Virus record (IMG/VR): IMGVR_UViG_3300005613_000035
Span: 17,189 to 81,188 of that record
DNA length: 64,000 nucleotides
Reading direction: 5' to 3' (one strand)
DNA from: a virus
Positions within the stretch are counted from its first letter, which is position 1. Each line of letters starts with the position of its first letter. The notes under the pieces were generated by a model. The model was not told where the DNA came from. It worked only from the letters and a program-made list of their open reading frames with translations, and did not search any database. Of this stretch, positions 10,123 to 21,100 are shown in pieces. Made by a program: the position numbers and the translations under genes.

Positions 10123-10136
10123 AAGGAATTAGACAC

Positions 10137-10562
10137 ATGACAGATAAAAAGAAAAATAAGAAAAGTGAGGAAGAGGTTTTATTCCCAGAAGCTAAATTTG
10201 GTGGATTTGAAGTTAAGCCTTGGTCATTCGGGATACTGTTTGAAATTTCTGGTTTGTTAGATGAGGTTTTAGAAAAAGTAGAAGAGAAGGGTTTGTTTGA
10301 TATGTTTAATAGTGATACTATATCTTATCTATCAATGGTTAAAGTATTCACTATAGCTAGCCCGCAAATATTGAAAATCATATCAATAACTCTTAATGAA
10401 GATGAAGAGAAGATTAAAGAACTTAGTATGGAAGATGGAATTAATATTGCTATTGAAATCACACGGCAGAATTGGACCATCTTAAAAAACGTATTGACCC
10501 CAGTGTTCCTGGGGGTTCAAGAAAAAATAGGGGAACTACCAAACGAAGAAAAACCCAGCTAA
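10137..10562 (+). CDS. Tail assembly chaperone (gpG-like)
   Basis: Position between tail tube and TMP; slippery site near the 3' end. Confidence 0.75.
   Translation: MTDKKKNKKSEEEVLFPEAKFGGFEVKPWSFGILFEISGLLDEVLEKVEEKGLFDMFNSDTISYLSMVKVFTIASPQILKIISITLNEDEEKIKELSMEDGINIAIEITRQNWTILKNVLTPVFLGVQEKIGELPNEEKPS
10484..10520 (+). promoter_or_regulatory. -1 programmed ribosomal frameshift site with stimulatory hairpin
   Basis: A_AAA_AAC heptamer 10484-10490 in frame, then TTGA-CCCCAG/CTGGGG-(GT)-TCAA hairpin. Confidence 0.8.
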
Positions 10563-10909
10563 CTCTTGCTAATATATTTACAACGCTTTTACAAAATAAT
10601 ATTGGTGAGTCCCTCCAAGATTTAAAATACAATTTTACAATAGACCAGATATACCTGTTTTATGAAAAGTGTAAACAGACGGAGTTGGATAATAATAGAA
10701 TGCAGGCTATTATTCAATCAAGAGTACGCTATTGTTTTTCACCATCTTATAACAAGACAGAACCAAGAAAGAAGTCTAGAGACTGGAAAAAGTTTATGGA
10801 TAGCTTAGATTGGGATAAAATAAGTAAGAAGCATGAGAAACCAGATCCAAAAGTATTGAAGTCTGTATTTATGGGGTTTGGTATACCAGTCAAGAAAAAG
10901 GGTGTGTAA
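10490..10909 (+). CDS. gpT-like frameshift extension of the tail chaperone
   Basis: Open -1 frame from the slippery site to just before the TMP; no convincing start of its own. Confidence 0.75.
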   Translation, partial: RIDPSVPGGSRKNRGTTKRRKTQLTLANIFTTLLQNNIGESLQDLKYNFTIDQIYLFYEKCKQTELDNNRMQAIIQSRVRYCFSPSYNKTEPRKKSRDWKKFMDSLDWDKISKKHEKPDPKVLKSVFMGFGIPVKKKGV

Positions 10910-10915
10910 TAGTAT

Positions 10916-13900
10916 ATGACAACTAATGTTGGTGGCGTATCTATAGGTATCTTTGCGGATGTCCGTAGTCTTAGAGATGGTGTTAAGACTTCCATTGCTG
11001 AGCTTGATAGTTTTAGGAAGAGACTAAACAAGATTAGGCTAGCTGGTGCTATAACAGGAGATCCATTCTCAGCTACTAAAAAGTATATGAAGGAAGCTAC
11101 GGCTGGGTTGAATAGGGTATTTTCTAAATGGTCTGATAATGTATCCGCTACTGAAAATAAAATGAGTAGGATAGCTAAAGCATCTGCGAGAAATGCTGAA
11201 AGTGTTATCAAAGACTTTGGTAAAATTACTACTCATATTGAAGCTTCTGGCAACAAGCTTGAAGCTTGGGTTGACATATTAAAGAAAGTACAGCAAGGCT
11301 CCCCCAATATGGCTAAATTGGTGGAGAAAGATACTGGTATACTAAGTAAAACAGGCAGCCCTTTAATGGGGGCTGCTTGGCAAAAAAAGTTAAAAGCAGA
11401 CCCTGAAGCTCAAAAATCATTTCAAGAATTTATAAATAGCTTTAAAGGTTTTACTAGAACTGCGGATGCAATTGTATCAGATTTTGAGAAGAAGATGCAG
11501 CATAAAACTGGTGTAACTTATGCACAGTTTAAAGCATTCTTAGCTAATATGAGTGCTGAAATAACTTCTTCCCCTCTCATAGCAGAATTAGAAGCTATGA
11601 CTGGAAAAATAGCAAAAAGTTTTAAGGTAGATGCTGCTTTTAGAACTGCACAAAGAATGATTACTGCGTCAGATCCTAAAATAGTAGAAGAAGAAAGAAT
11701 TGGTAGGCTTCAGGATTTAAGAGAAAAAGAATTAAAGTTAAGTGCTGAGATAAAAGCTGGTATTAAAGTAAGAGAGAATAAGTTAGCTCTTGTTAGAAAC
11801 TTATTGGAAAAGGAAAAAGAAGGTGGCGTAATAAGCGAGGGGCAGCGTGCCTTTTTAAGAGAGCAAGCTGCTGCTGAAAGAGCACTTATAAACCAGAAAG
11901 AATTAAGGATAGAGCAACACAAGAAAGAAACTGCTGAGGTTAATAAGTTAAGTAAAGCCTTGGAGTATACCGCTGCCAGGGAAGCTCGAAGAAAAGGTGT
12001 TAGTGTTAGTGGTGAAGCGCTTCCACCTAAAGAGATGATAACAGGAGAGCCTAATAGAATACTGCAAGAAAGAGTAAAGTTAATTCTTGCTTCAAGACTT
12101 GAGATAGGTAAAGCAAAAGAAGCAATAAGCCAGAACTTCCAAATAGAAAAAAACAGATTAGTTGTTATACAAGCATTAAATAGATTAAAAAAAGCTGGTG
12201 TAGAAATATCAAAAGGGGAGATACTGGCTCAAGAATTAGCGAGCAAGCAAGCTAAGTATAAGGAAGAAATAGCTGATGCTTCAAATATTATTAAGGCTCG
12301 TGAACGTCAGGTAGCTACTTTAAATAAACTTACAGTAGCTGAAACCAAACTTAGAACCGAGATAAAAGCTGGTATTAAAGTAAGAGAGAATAAGTTAGCT
12401 CTTGTTAGAAATTTACAAACCAGAGAAAAAGAGGGTGGAAGATTAAACGAAGAGCAGGCCGACTTCTTGAAAAGTCAGGCTGCTACTGAAAGAGCACTTA
12501 TAAACCAGAAAGAATTAAGGATAGAGCAACACAAGAAAGAAGTTGCAGCACTTAAAAAAGTAAGAGTTGAGTTAGAGCTTACAGATGCTATTAAAGGTAA
12601 GCAGGCAGGATTTAAAGCAAGAGGTATTACACCTACAAGACAACTTTCAACTGAGGATACTACAAGTGTTTATAAGAAAAGTGCAGATTTAATAAAGTCT
12701 GCTAATCAAGAAATAGCTAAAGCATATAAGTTAATAGAAAAGAACTTTAATGTTGAGAAGAACAGACTTGTCATCATACGTAAGTTGAATGAATTAAAGG
12801 GGTATGGTGTAAGAATATCAAAAGCTGAATTGCAGGCACAAACAAAATTATATAACAAAGATACCTACACAAGAGAATTAAAGGATGCAGGAGATTTAAA
12901 TAAAGCCCGTGAAAGACAAGTAGCTACATCAGAAAAGCTTGTTATAGCTGAAGCTAAGCTAAGAGCTGAAAGAAAAGTTGGTATTGGTGTTCAAGAGTTT
13001 AGGAATAACCTTGCAAAAATTTATCAGCAGCGGCAGGCGAACGGTGAAGTACTGTTAAATAAAGAAGTAGCAGCTTTAAATAAATACAATAAGTCCCTTA
13101 AACGAGGAGGATTTTTATCTAAAGATTGGTTTAAGCAAAGGGCAGGATGGTTTATTCAGCTACGAGCGTTCTGGGGAATTTATAGAGCGGCATCAGAAGC
13201 ATTCACGGCTGTTAAGAAGTTTGAAGAAGAGCTTAAGAATTTACAAGCTGTAACAAAATCTACAAGTGCTCAGCTAGCAAACATGAAGGATATTTCAATT
13301 GCTCTTGGTAAAACAATGTCAGTTGAGCTTACAACTATAGCTAGTGGTATGGTTAAGTTAGGACAAGCAGGTTTAGATGTTGTTGAAACCTCAAGTGCTA
13401 TAAAGGATGTAACTACACTAGCTGTTGCTACTATGACAGATATGACTACAGCAAGTGATTTAGTAACAACAGCTATGAAAGCTTGGGGCGAAGAAACTGA
13501 TGATACAGCTCTTGTAGTAGATATACTTGCAAATACTGTAAACAGATCAAAAGTTACAATTGATGGATTATCTACAGCACTTCAGTATGTAACTGGTGTT
13601 GCACCACAGGTTGGTATGTCGTTCAAGGAAACTTCTGGTGTAATTGGTATACTTGCTAATCAAGGTATAAAATTAAGTAAAGTAGGTACAGGATTAAGAT
13701 CGTTATTAGGGGAATTGCTAAGACCATCTAAAAGATTCACGTCAGAATTACACAAGGTAGGTCTTACCTTGAGTGATATAGATGTTAAAACTAGAGGATT
13801 TACTTCTGTACTCGAAGATTTACAGGCTAGTGGATTTGATGCAACCAGTGCATTTAAAGGTTTGGATCGTAGAGCTGCGTCTGCTATTTCAGCTCTTATT

Positions 13901-16900
13901 TCACAAGCTGGAAGTGTAAGAGAGTTTTCTGAATCTTTATCTGACGCTGGTTCTGCAGCTACTATGGCGTCAACTCAAATGGAATCCTTGAATAGTAAGA
14001 TAACTATTACAAAAAATAAAATAAATATTCTTGCATCACAGATATACGATTTTGCTACACCTCTTATGAAGTTGGGTACTGATGTATTAGGGGGAGTTGT
14101 TACAGGTCTTACAGAAATGGATTCTAAGATTGTACATGTTATAAGTACATTAACTACTGGTGGTATTATACTATTAATTTCTGGTTTAACATATTGGTTA
14201 TACTCATCAATTAAAGCATTCTACATATTTTCAGTAGGAGTAGGTAACGCTACAACTGTACTTGGCTTTTTTGCAATAGGATTAACAAAAGTAAGAGAAG
14301 TACTTGCATTCTTAGTTACAGGTCCTGGTGCTATTATAGGTATATCAGTTGCTCTTCTTGTTACATTAGTAGCACATATTGCAAAGTCAACTTATGCGTT
14401 AAGTGACTTAGCTAAGAAAGCAGTAGAAAGTAGAAATAAATTTTACAAACTTAATGCTGAGTATGAAAACTTTAAGGATCTAACTGAAAAGTATACTAAA
14501 GCAGTAAAGGAGCACAATTATGAGCAAGCAAGAAAAATTGCTGCTATGGATAAAGAACTTAATAGTATACATTTACTTGGATTAGAAGAAGACGAACAGA
14601 TAAAGAGAATTAAAAAGATAACAGAATTAAAGAAAGAATTATCTGAACAGCAGCTAAGATCTGCACGTGAAAACGAAGCTGCAATGGCAAATTTAACAGC
14701 AAGCCAGGCTTTACAAGATGTTACAGGAATAACACCATCAGCGGAATCTACGGACGTATACGGTGTAAGTGGAACTCCAGCACGTTCTTTAGATGAGAGA
14801 AGAGCTGATGCAGATAAGAAATTACAGAGAGTATTTGCTACTATGCGAAACTCTGCTGATGTTATTATAAGTAAGAATAAAGATGTTAGTGTAAGTGTTA
14901 AAGATATTATACTTCAGTTAAAGATAGCAGGATATTCTTATGATACTATAAAAGAAGCTGCTATTGTGGCAGGAAGTGCTGAAAGAAATAGGTTTATTGA
15001 GTTTGAAGACTATTTAAAAGAACAGCTTAAGATACAAGAGGTGCTTAATACAAAAGCTAGAGAGTGGAAAAAGATTGCGGAAGAAGTAGATAAGATAGAT
15101 AAAGCAGGCGGTGTTAAAAAAGGTCAGGATTTAACGTATATTTTAGATTTAATGGTAGACGCTAATGTAGAACTACAAAACTTTAAGAAAAATTATAGTG
15201 GTCTTTTTAAGAAACTAAAAAAAGGATTTAAAGACGATCCCCAAACTGCTCTCAAATTTTCTAAAGCAGTAACGGAAACTTTAGGTAAAACTACTATGGA
15301 GACTGTTACTGAAATAAAAGAAATGTTTAAAAAATCTAAGATTTTGGAACCATTTCTTGGGGATATGGAAAAAGCTAAGGCATCTTTAGTAACACTTGTT
15401 AGAGCGTTTAGACTTAATAGTCTTCAAGAAGCTTTAGGGGGATTTTTAGATGCCAAATCAGTAGATGATATGAATGTAAAGATAGCTCAGTTTGCTGAAA
15501 AAGTAGAGTTAATAGGTAAAAAGAGAATAGGTGTAGAGAGTGAAATAACAGCAATACTTAAAGAAGCAGCCGGATTATTAAAAGGATATGGATTAACATC
15601 TAAACAAATAATTGAAATTGAAAAGTTAAGAGCTGAAGCTATTAGAAAAACACGTATAGAATATAGCAAAACATTAGATATAGAAAACAGAGGACTCCAA
15701 GCTAGTATTGACAAATTTAGAGGTGTTAATGAATTTGAAAGAAAAAGGACAGAGCTTAGAGCTAAATTTTTAGAGGATGAAATGAAAGCTCAAGATGCTA
15801 TTGGCGTTCTTGAGGAAAAGAAGAGCAGAACACCACAGGAAGAGGATAATTTAAAAAGAGCAAAAGATAACATAAATCTTCTTAGACTTAATAATTCCTT
15901 AGCAGAAGAAAGAATAACAATTGAGGAAGAAATATATAGAATACGTGATAAAACTGAAGCTAAGCTGATAGAAAATACTAAAAAGCGTATTCAACTTGAA
16001 ATAGATGAGCCTACTAATAAGCTTGCTATGATAGAACTTGAGAAGGAAGCTATAGATTTAAAGCTTAAGGAATCCTATTTAATACAAGACCTTGAAATTA
16101 CAGGTAAAGAACAGTATGATCTTCAGAAAGATATAAATAAACTTGAGGCTGATAAATTAAAGATACGTGAAAAGCAGAAACGTGCAGCAAGTATTATGTA
16201 TGACATAACTGGTAGAATGAAAGACCAGATGCAGAACTTTCATGACATTATGACAGAGGTTGGTGTAATGTTTGCTACTGGTATGGCATCAGGTCTTGGT
16301 AGTACAATGTCTGACTTTGCTGGTGGATTTCAAGAGCAGCAACAAGAGGTTAAAAATCTTAAGGGTGAGTTAGCAGATTTAGATAATGAATACCAGGACG
16401 CTCTATCTGATGGAAACATGGAGAGAGCACAGGAAATAGCGGATGAAATGGCTAGACTCCGTAAAAATATTGATGATCTTGAAGATCCAATACATAATTT
16501 AAAGGAAGCGTTTAAGGATTTCTTTAAAAGTTTGATTGATGATATACGAGCTGCTTTAAGTCAATGGATTGCTATGCAAGCTGTTATGGGTATTGTTAAC
16601 TCAGTTGCTGGTGCTTGGCAAAATCCAGGTTATACAGGGGGTAATTTTTCGCCGTACGTGGCAGCACATGGTGGCGTTTTACCAAGAATAGATGCGTTTC
16701 AGAGCTTTAGCTCTGGTGGACTTACAGGGAACCCAACCCTTGCATTGTTAGGTGATAACAAAAGTGGTAGAGAACTGGTAATTCCTGAAGAGAATATTCA
16801 AAAGGATAGCGTTCATGGTTATACTCGTGCTACTGATAATAAACAACCAATTAATGTAATTAATGTTTTAACGAAAGATGATATTGTTGGTGTTATGAGT

Positions 16901-16987
16901 GGGGCATCAGGAGAGCGAGTAATTTTAAATACTATAGGTAAGGATCTTAGGTCTAATGGTCCAATATCAAAAAGATTAAGAGTGTAG
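10916..16987 (+). CDS. Tape measure protein
   Basis: 2023 aa, helical A/K/E-rich; TP901/PhageMin_Tail core (LGQAG..., GTGLRS); hydrophobic segment; C-terminal GG.TG.PTLALLGD..GRELVIP. Confidence 0.95.
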   Translation: MTTNVGGVSIGIFADVRSLRDGVKTSIAELDSFRKRLNKIRLAGAITGDPFSATKKYMKEATAGLNRVFSKWSDNVSATENKMSRIAKASARNAESVIKDFGKITTHIEASGNKLEAWVDILKKVQQGSPNMAKLVEKDTGILSKTGSPLMGAAWQKKLKADPEAQKSFQEFINSFKGFTRTADAIVSDFEKKMQHKTGVTYAQFKAFLANMSAEITSSPLIAELEAMTGKIAKSFKVDAAFRTAQRMITASDPKIVEEERIGRLQDLREKELKLSAEIKAGIKVRENKLALVRNLLEKEKEGGVISEGQRAFLREQAAAERALINQKELRIEQHKKETAEVNKLSKALEYTAAREARRKGVSVSGEALPPKEMITGEPNRILQERVKLILASRLEIGKAKEAISQNFQIEKNRLVVIQALNRLKKAGVEISKGEILAQELASKQAKYKEEIADASNIIKARERQVATLNKLTVAETKLRTEIKAGIKVRENKLALVRNLQTREKEGGRLNEEQADFLKSQAATERALINQKELRIEQHKKEVAALKKVRVELELTDAIKGKQAGFKARGITPTRQLSTEDTTSVYKKSADLIKSANQEIAKAYKLIEKNFNVEKNRLVIIRKLNELKGYGVRISKAELQAQTKLYNKDTYTRELKDAGDLNKARERQVATSEKLVIAEAKLRAERKVGIGVQEFRNNLAKIYQQRQANGEVLLNKEVAALNKYNKSLKRGGFLSKDWFKQRAGWFIQLRAFWGIYRAASEAFTAVKKFEEELKNLQAVTKSTSAQLANMKDISIALGKTMSVELTTIASGMVKLGQAGLDVVETSSAIKDVTTLAVATMTDMTTASDLVTTAMKAWGEETDDTALVVDILANTVNRSKVTIDGLSTALQYVTGVAPQVGMSFKETSGVIGILANQGIKLSKVGTGLRSLLGELLRPSKRFTSELHKVGLTLSDIDVKTRGFTSVLEDLQASGFDATSAFKGLDRRAASAISALISQAGSVREFSESLSDAGSAATMASTQMESLNSKITITKNKINILASQIYDFATPLMKLGTDVLGGVVTGLTEMDSKIVHVISTLTTGGIILLISGLTYWLYSSIKAFYIFSVGVGNATTVLGFFAIGLTKVREVLAFLVTGPGAIIGISVALLVTLVAHIAKSTYALSDLAKKAVESRNKFYKLNAEYENFKDLTEKYTKAVKEHNYEQARKIAAMDKELNSIHLLGLEEDEQIKRIKKITELKKELSEQQLRSARENEAAMANLTASQALQDVTGITPSAESTDVYGVSGTPARSLDERRADADKKLQRVFATMRNSADVIISKNKDVSVSVKDIILQLKIAGYSYDTIKEAAIVAGSAERNRFIEFEDYLKEQLKIQEVLNTKAREWKKIAEEVDKIDKAGGVKKGQDLTYILDLMVDANVELQNFKKNYSGLFKKLKKGFKDDPQTALKFSKAVTETLGKTTMETVTEIKEMFKKSKILEPFLGDMEKAKASLVTLVRAFRLNSLQEALGGFLDAKSVDDMNVKIAQFAEKVELIGKKRIGVESEITAILKEAAGLLKGYGLTSKQIIEIEKLRAEAIRKTRIEYSKTLDIENRGLQASIDKFRGVNEFERKRTELRAKFLEDEMKAQDAIGVLEEKKSRTPQEEDNLKRAKDNINLLRLNNSLAEERITIEEEIYRIRDKTEAKLIENTKKRIQLEIDEPTNKLAMIELEKEAIDLKLKESYLIQDLEITGKEQYDLQKDINKLEADKLKIREKQKRAASIMYDITGRMKDQMQNFHDIMTEVGVMFATGMASGLGSTMSDFAGGFQEQQQEVKNLKGELADLDNEYQDALSDGNMERAQEIADEMARLRKNIDDLEDPIHNLKEAFKDFFKSLIDDIRAALSQWIAMQAVMGIVNSVAGAWQNPGYTGGNFSPYVAAHGGVLPRIDAFQSFSSGGLTGNPTLALLGDNKSGRELVIPEENIQKDSVHGYTRATDNKQPINVINVLTKDDIVGVMSGASGERVILNTIGKDLRSNGPISKRLRV
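11747..12541 (+). repeat. 612-nt period internal duplication in the TMP
   Basis: Identical blocks of ~50 nt at 11747/12359 and 11874/12486. Confidence 0.9.
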
Positions 16988-16996
16988 GAGAATAGT

Positions 16997-17701
16997 ATGA
17001 CTCAAGATATAACTGCAACATTTTTAAAAGAAGCTGTAAAGAGAGATGGTATATCTATTGCAGATATGTACGTATTAAATGCATCTATATCTCCAGGTTG
17101 GGACCCTATATATTTTATATCTTACAACCAGAATATAATGGGTTGGGAAATGAATGCGACTGGTGATTTAGTAAATTCTGCAACTTTATATACCGGATTA
17201 CCTATAACTCGTGATGCTATTAAAGGAGGAACTTCAGGAGAAGTACCAGAGCTTACAATATCTGTACCTAATGTTGACAGAACCATAGAGAGTTATATAC
17301 AAAACTATGATAACTTAAGGGGTCGTGATTTTTATATACTAACTGGATTTACAAAGCATTTACCTTCAGGAGCTTCAGCAGGACATATAGGTTCAGTTCC
17401 TGATAGATTTGCAATGATGAAGGAAAAGCTATTTATTGATAGCACTACCTCTAATGCTGAAGTAGTTTCGTTCTCGTGTAAACCAAAGTTTTTAATAAAG
17501 AATAAAGTTCTCCCTGGACGAACATTTTCAAGAGAGTGCCAGTGGGTGTATGCTTCAGCAGAATGTGGTATTACAAACGCAACTCTACTCGCTTCCTACC
17601 CATCTTGTAACAAATCATTAGATAATTGTATTATAAGAAAAAATAAAAGTAGGTTCGGCGGATTTCCTGGAATTCCAAATAAGGCAATCATTGTAATATG
17701 A
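16997..17701 (+). CDS. Minor tail protein L-like (hub)
   Basis: LPGR....CQWVY...ECG...CNKS..NC......RFGGFPG Cys motif of the lambda gpL family. Confidence 0.85.
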   Translation: MTQDITATFLKEAVKRDGISIADMYVLNASISPGWDPIYFISYNQNIMGWEMNATGDLVNSATLYTGLPITRDAIKGGTSGEVPELTISVPNVDRTIESYIQNYDNLRGRDFYILTGFTKHLPSGASAGHIGSVPDRFAMMKEKLFIDSTTSNAEVVSFSCKPKFLIKNKVLPGRTFSRECQWVYASAECGITNATLLASYPSCNKSLDNCIIRKNKSRFGGFPGIPNKAIIVI

Positions 17702-18096
17702 CCTTTTCAAAATATATTAATATACCATATAAGCATAAAGGAGATACTTTCAAGAGCTGTGATTGTTTAGGTCTTGTAAAGTTAATTTTAAGAGAAGAAA
17801 GTAATATATTCTTGCCTGAATTTTGGTATGTAGAATGCTGGAAAGATGGGGATAACTATTTTACGGATAATATAGGAAGCGTAAGCACTAAAAAAGTTAA
17901 GCCTCCATATAAAAAATTAGATGGTCTCCTGTTTTATGACGAAAAGAGAAAGTATGTAAAGCATATAGGTTTATACATTGGTAATAGCAGATTTATACAT
18001 ACATATAGAAAGAATTCTTCAAGAGTTGATAAGTTAGGTGGATATTGGTCATCAAGATTGTATGAAGCTGTACGATATACAGGAAAAAGGGGATAA
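17698..18096 (+). CDS. NlpC/P60 tail-associated peptidase (gpK-like)
   Basis: IPY...G......DCLGLV, HIGLY, FIH. Confidence 0.9.
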   Translation: MTFSKYINIPYKHKGDTFKSCDCLGLVKLILREESNIFLPEFWYVECWKDGDNYFTDNIGSVSTKKVKPPYKKLDGLLFYDEKRKYVKHIGLYIGNSRFIHTYRKNSSRVDKLGGYWSSRLYEAVRYTGKRG

Positions 18097-18102
18097 ACTA
18101 TA

Positions 18103-21100
18103 ATGGCGTATGTATCATTTAGAAATGCATTAGACGAAACATCAGAATTCATACAGATAGATAAAAAATATTTATTAGATGCTGCATATGAATATGCCCG
18201 CATTTCTGATGATAGTATAAATACTTTTATTTTAAATAAAAGAGTAGTACTCTTTCTAAATGATGAAGTTGTACCAATAAATTCCTGGAATTCCAGAAAA
18301 GTATATGATGATGACTATATTATAATAGTACCAGAACTTGAAGGTGGTAGCTTGGGTGGGTTTCTGCAAATAGTTGCTGGTGTTGTTATTGGTGTGACAA
18401 CAGGACGTTGGGACATTGCTGCCGCTATGATTCTTAGTGGGGCATTAGGAGTAGTATCTAATCTATTGTTCCAACCAGATTTACCAACAAGTCAAGTAGG
18501 TGGGAGTAGATCAACACAAACATACAATTGGTCTGGTATAAAAACTATAGCTAGATCTGACACCCCAATTCCTGTTGTTTATGGGACACATGCTGTAGGT
18601 GGAAATGTATTATCTTTATACACAGATGTAACACATGATGTGTCATATCTTAATATGTTAATTGCACTATGTGAAGGTGAAATAGAAGGTATTTGTCAAG
18701 AGTTTGATCATACTGAAATATGCACAACATCTGATAAAACAGGTTTTAAGGTTAAAGTATTACAGGAAGATGAAGTTTCTGGTGTGAACACTGCGGCTAA
18801 AGTTATAACTCCTGCTGATTGTACAGGATTAACAAAAGCTGCCGGTACATTAACTATAGAATTAAAATGCAGTGATCCAACAGCTTTTGAAAGTAAAGTA
18901 TTAAGAGCAGCAGAAGTTTCGAGTACTCAATGGCCATCTACAACTTTTACACCTGTGGATTGCACCGGACTAACAAAAGCTAACGGAAAGTTTACTATAG
19001 AGCTTAAATGTAGCAGCCCTGATGCTCTTACATGCTTTACAGCAATAGAGGTTACAAGTTCTGGATCTTATTCTTCCGAAATGTGGTATCACGAATTAAC
19101 TGAGGAAGATATAGAGCTTGTGAGTTCTACATATAGGGTATTTAGCTGGTCTATGGATGATTGGGTAACTAAAGGTGGAGAACTTGATGTTACTGAGATA
19201 GATTATATAAGATGGTATACATCTGACTTACTTGATAACTGTCTGCTATCTTGGAGAAATGCAAGGGTATCTTGGGCAGATTATGAAGCTTTTACATCTC
19301 CTACCTATATTGAACTTACAAGCTCTGGAGCGCCAGATACTGAAGAATGGTATTATGAGTTAACTTCAACTGATCTTGCTATGCTAAGCTCATCTTATAC
19401 TACATTCAGTATTTCAATGGAAGACTGGGTTACACAAGGTGGAGAACTTGATGTTACTGAGATAGATTATGTAAGGTGGTACACTGCTGACGCATTAGGT
19501 TTAACATTATATTGGAGGAATGCAAAGGTATCTTGGACAGATGTTGATGACCCTTACGTTTCTCCAGCAATATATATAGACGATCAACCATTACGCTTTT
19601 ATGATGAACTTGAATGGTGGTATAGAAAGGGAGTTAATTTACCAGATAGTACTAAGAGTGATTATGATCCGAGTTACCAGAATAGAATTCCTAATTTTGA
19701 CAGCATTAAAGTCCAATATGATGATGGTAGAACTGTACCAGCAGCTCCTCGTCATATTGAATATATAACTACAAAGCCTGTTGACATGCTTATTCTTCAT
19801 TTCTACACACCACAATTATATGATGCAAGTGGTGGAAGCTTTAAAGATAAAGAAATAAGATTTAAAATATCCTATTCAACAGATGGAGAAACCTATTCAG
19901 ATGCAAGTCCTCTTATAAAAAATACGTATGAACCTTTATTAACTGCTGTTGATGACTGGAATACAGTATACTGCACTTGTGATAATTATATAAACAGCCA
20001 ATACAAATATACACCATCAGACTCGTACACTATAAAAGTACTAAATAATAATTCTAACACAGACGACTTTGGATTAAAACATTTTGATATTTTTATAAAT
20101 GTTATGAATTCTAATGGGGACATACTTATAAATAATCAAAGGATAGTAAATACTTTATGGATGTATAAAGGTATTGATTTTACATACTTTCCTGTTTTTG
20201 AATATGAGATTGGTCTTCATTTTGATGTTCCTGTTGGTGCAGAATATATAGTATCTTCAGAAATAGCCCAAGAAATAGGAACAGAAGTAAGTATAGAAGG
20301 TAAAACAAAAACTGGGTTATGGAGATCTATATACCTAGATTTCACTACGTTTGGTCTACCTGGTAGAGAGGTATACTACATAAAGATGTATAGAACTGAT
20401 GGTGGTGCTTCTACTGAACTTACTATTGCTAACGATCTTGAGCTAAATTCAGTAGTTGAGACTGTATATGGGGAATATATTTATCCAAATACTGCTTTAT
20501 TAGGTTTAAGAATTAAAGCAACTGAGCAAATATCTGGATCTCCACCTAATGTAGTAACTATATTGAAGGGTACAAAGATAGAAGTGCCTGATCTATCAGA
20601 GGACGATGACTTTATAGATTGTTATTGGGATGATGTACAGGAAAGATGGGAGTGTGAAGGTAGCGAAAGAACTTGGGATGAAGTTACTACAACAACAGAA
20701 TATTGTAATAATGCAATACTTTGTGTGCGGGATTTATTATTATCCTCAAGATATGGATTAGGAGATTACTATACAGCATCAGATTTTGATACTCCAGAAA
20801 TTATTACTGCAATAAAAGAATGCCACAAGTACTTTGATCCTTTTGATGCAGAAGAATATTTAAGTTGGTGGAGTACGGGGACTGATAATGACTGGCTTAC
20901 TTGGTGGGGTATTAGTGACAGCACTCCTGAACCTTTAAGAAGTGGTGTATCGTATGATGCATCTGCTAGAACTGTAACTGTAGATTATACTAATTGCGGT
21001 AGTTTTGTAATGTGGTTTACTTCTGCAATAACATTAAAGACAGGACAAACGTATGATTTCAAGTTAACATTATCAAGTACAACTAATGCTGTAAACTTTA

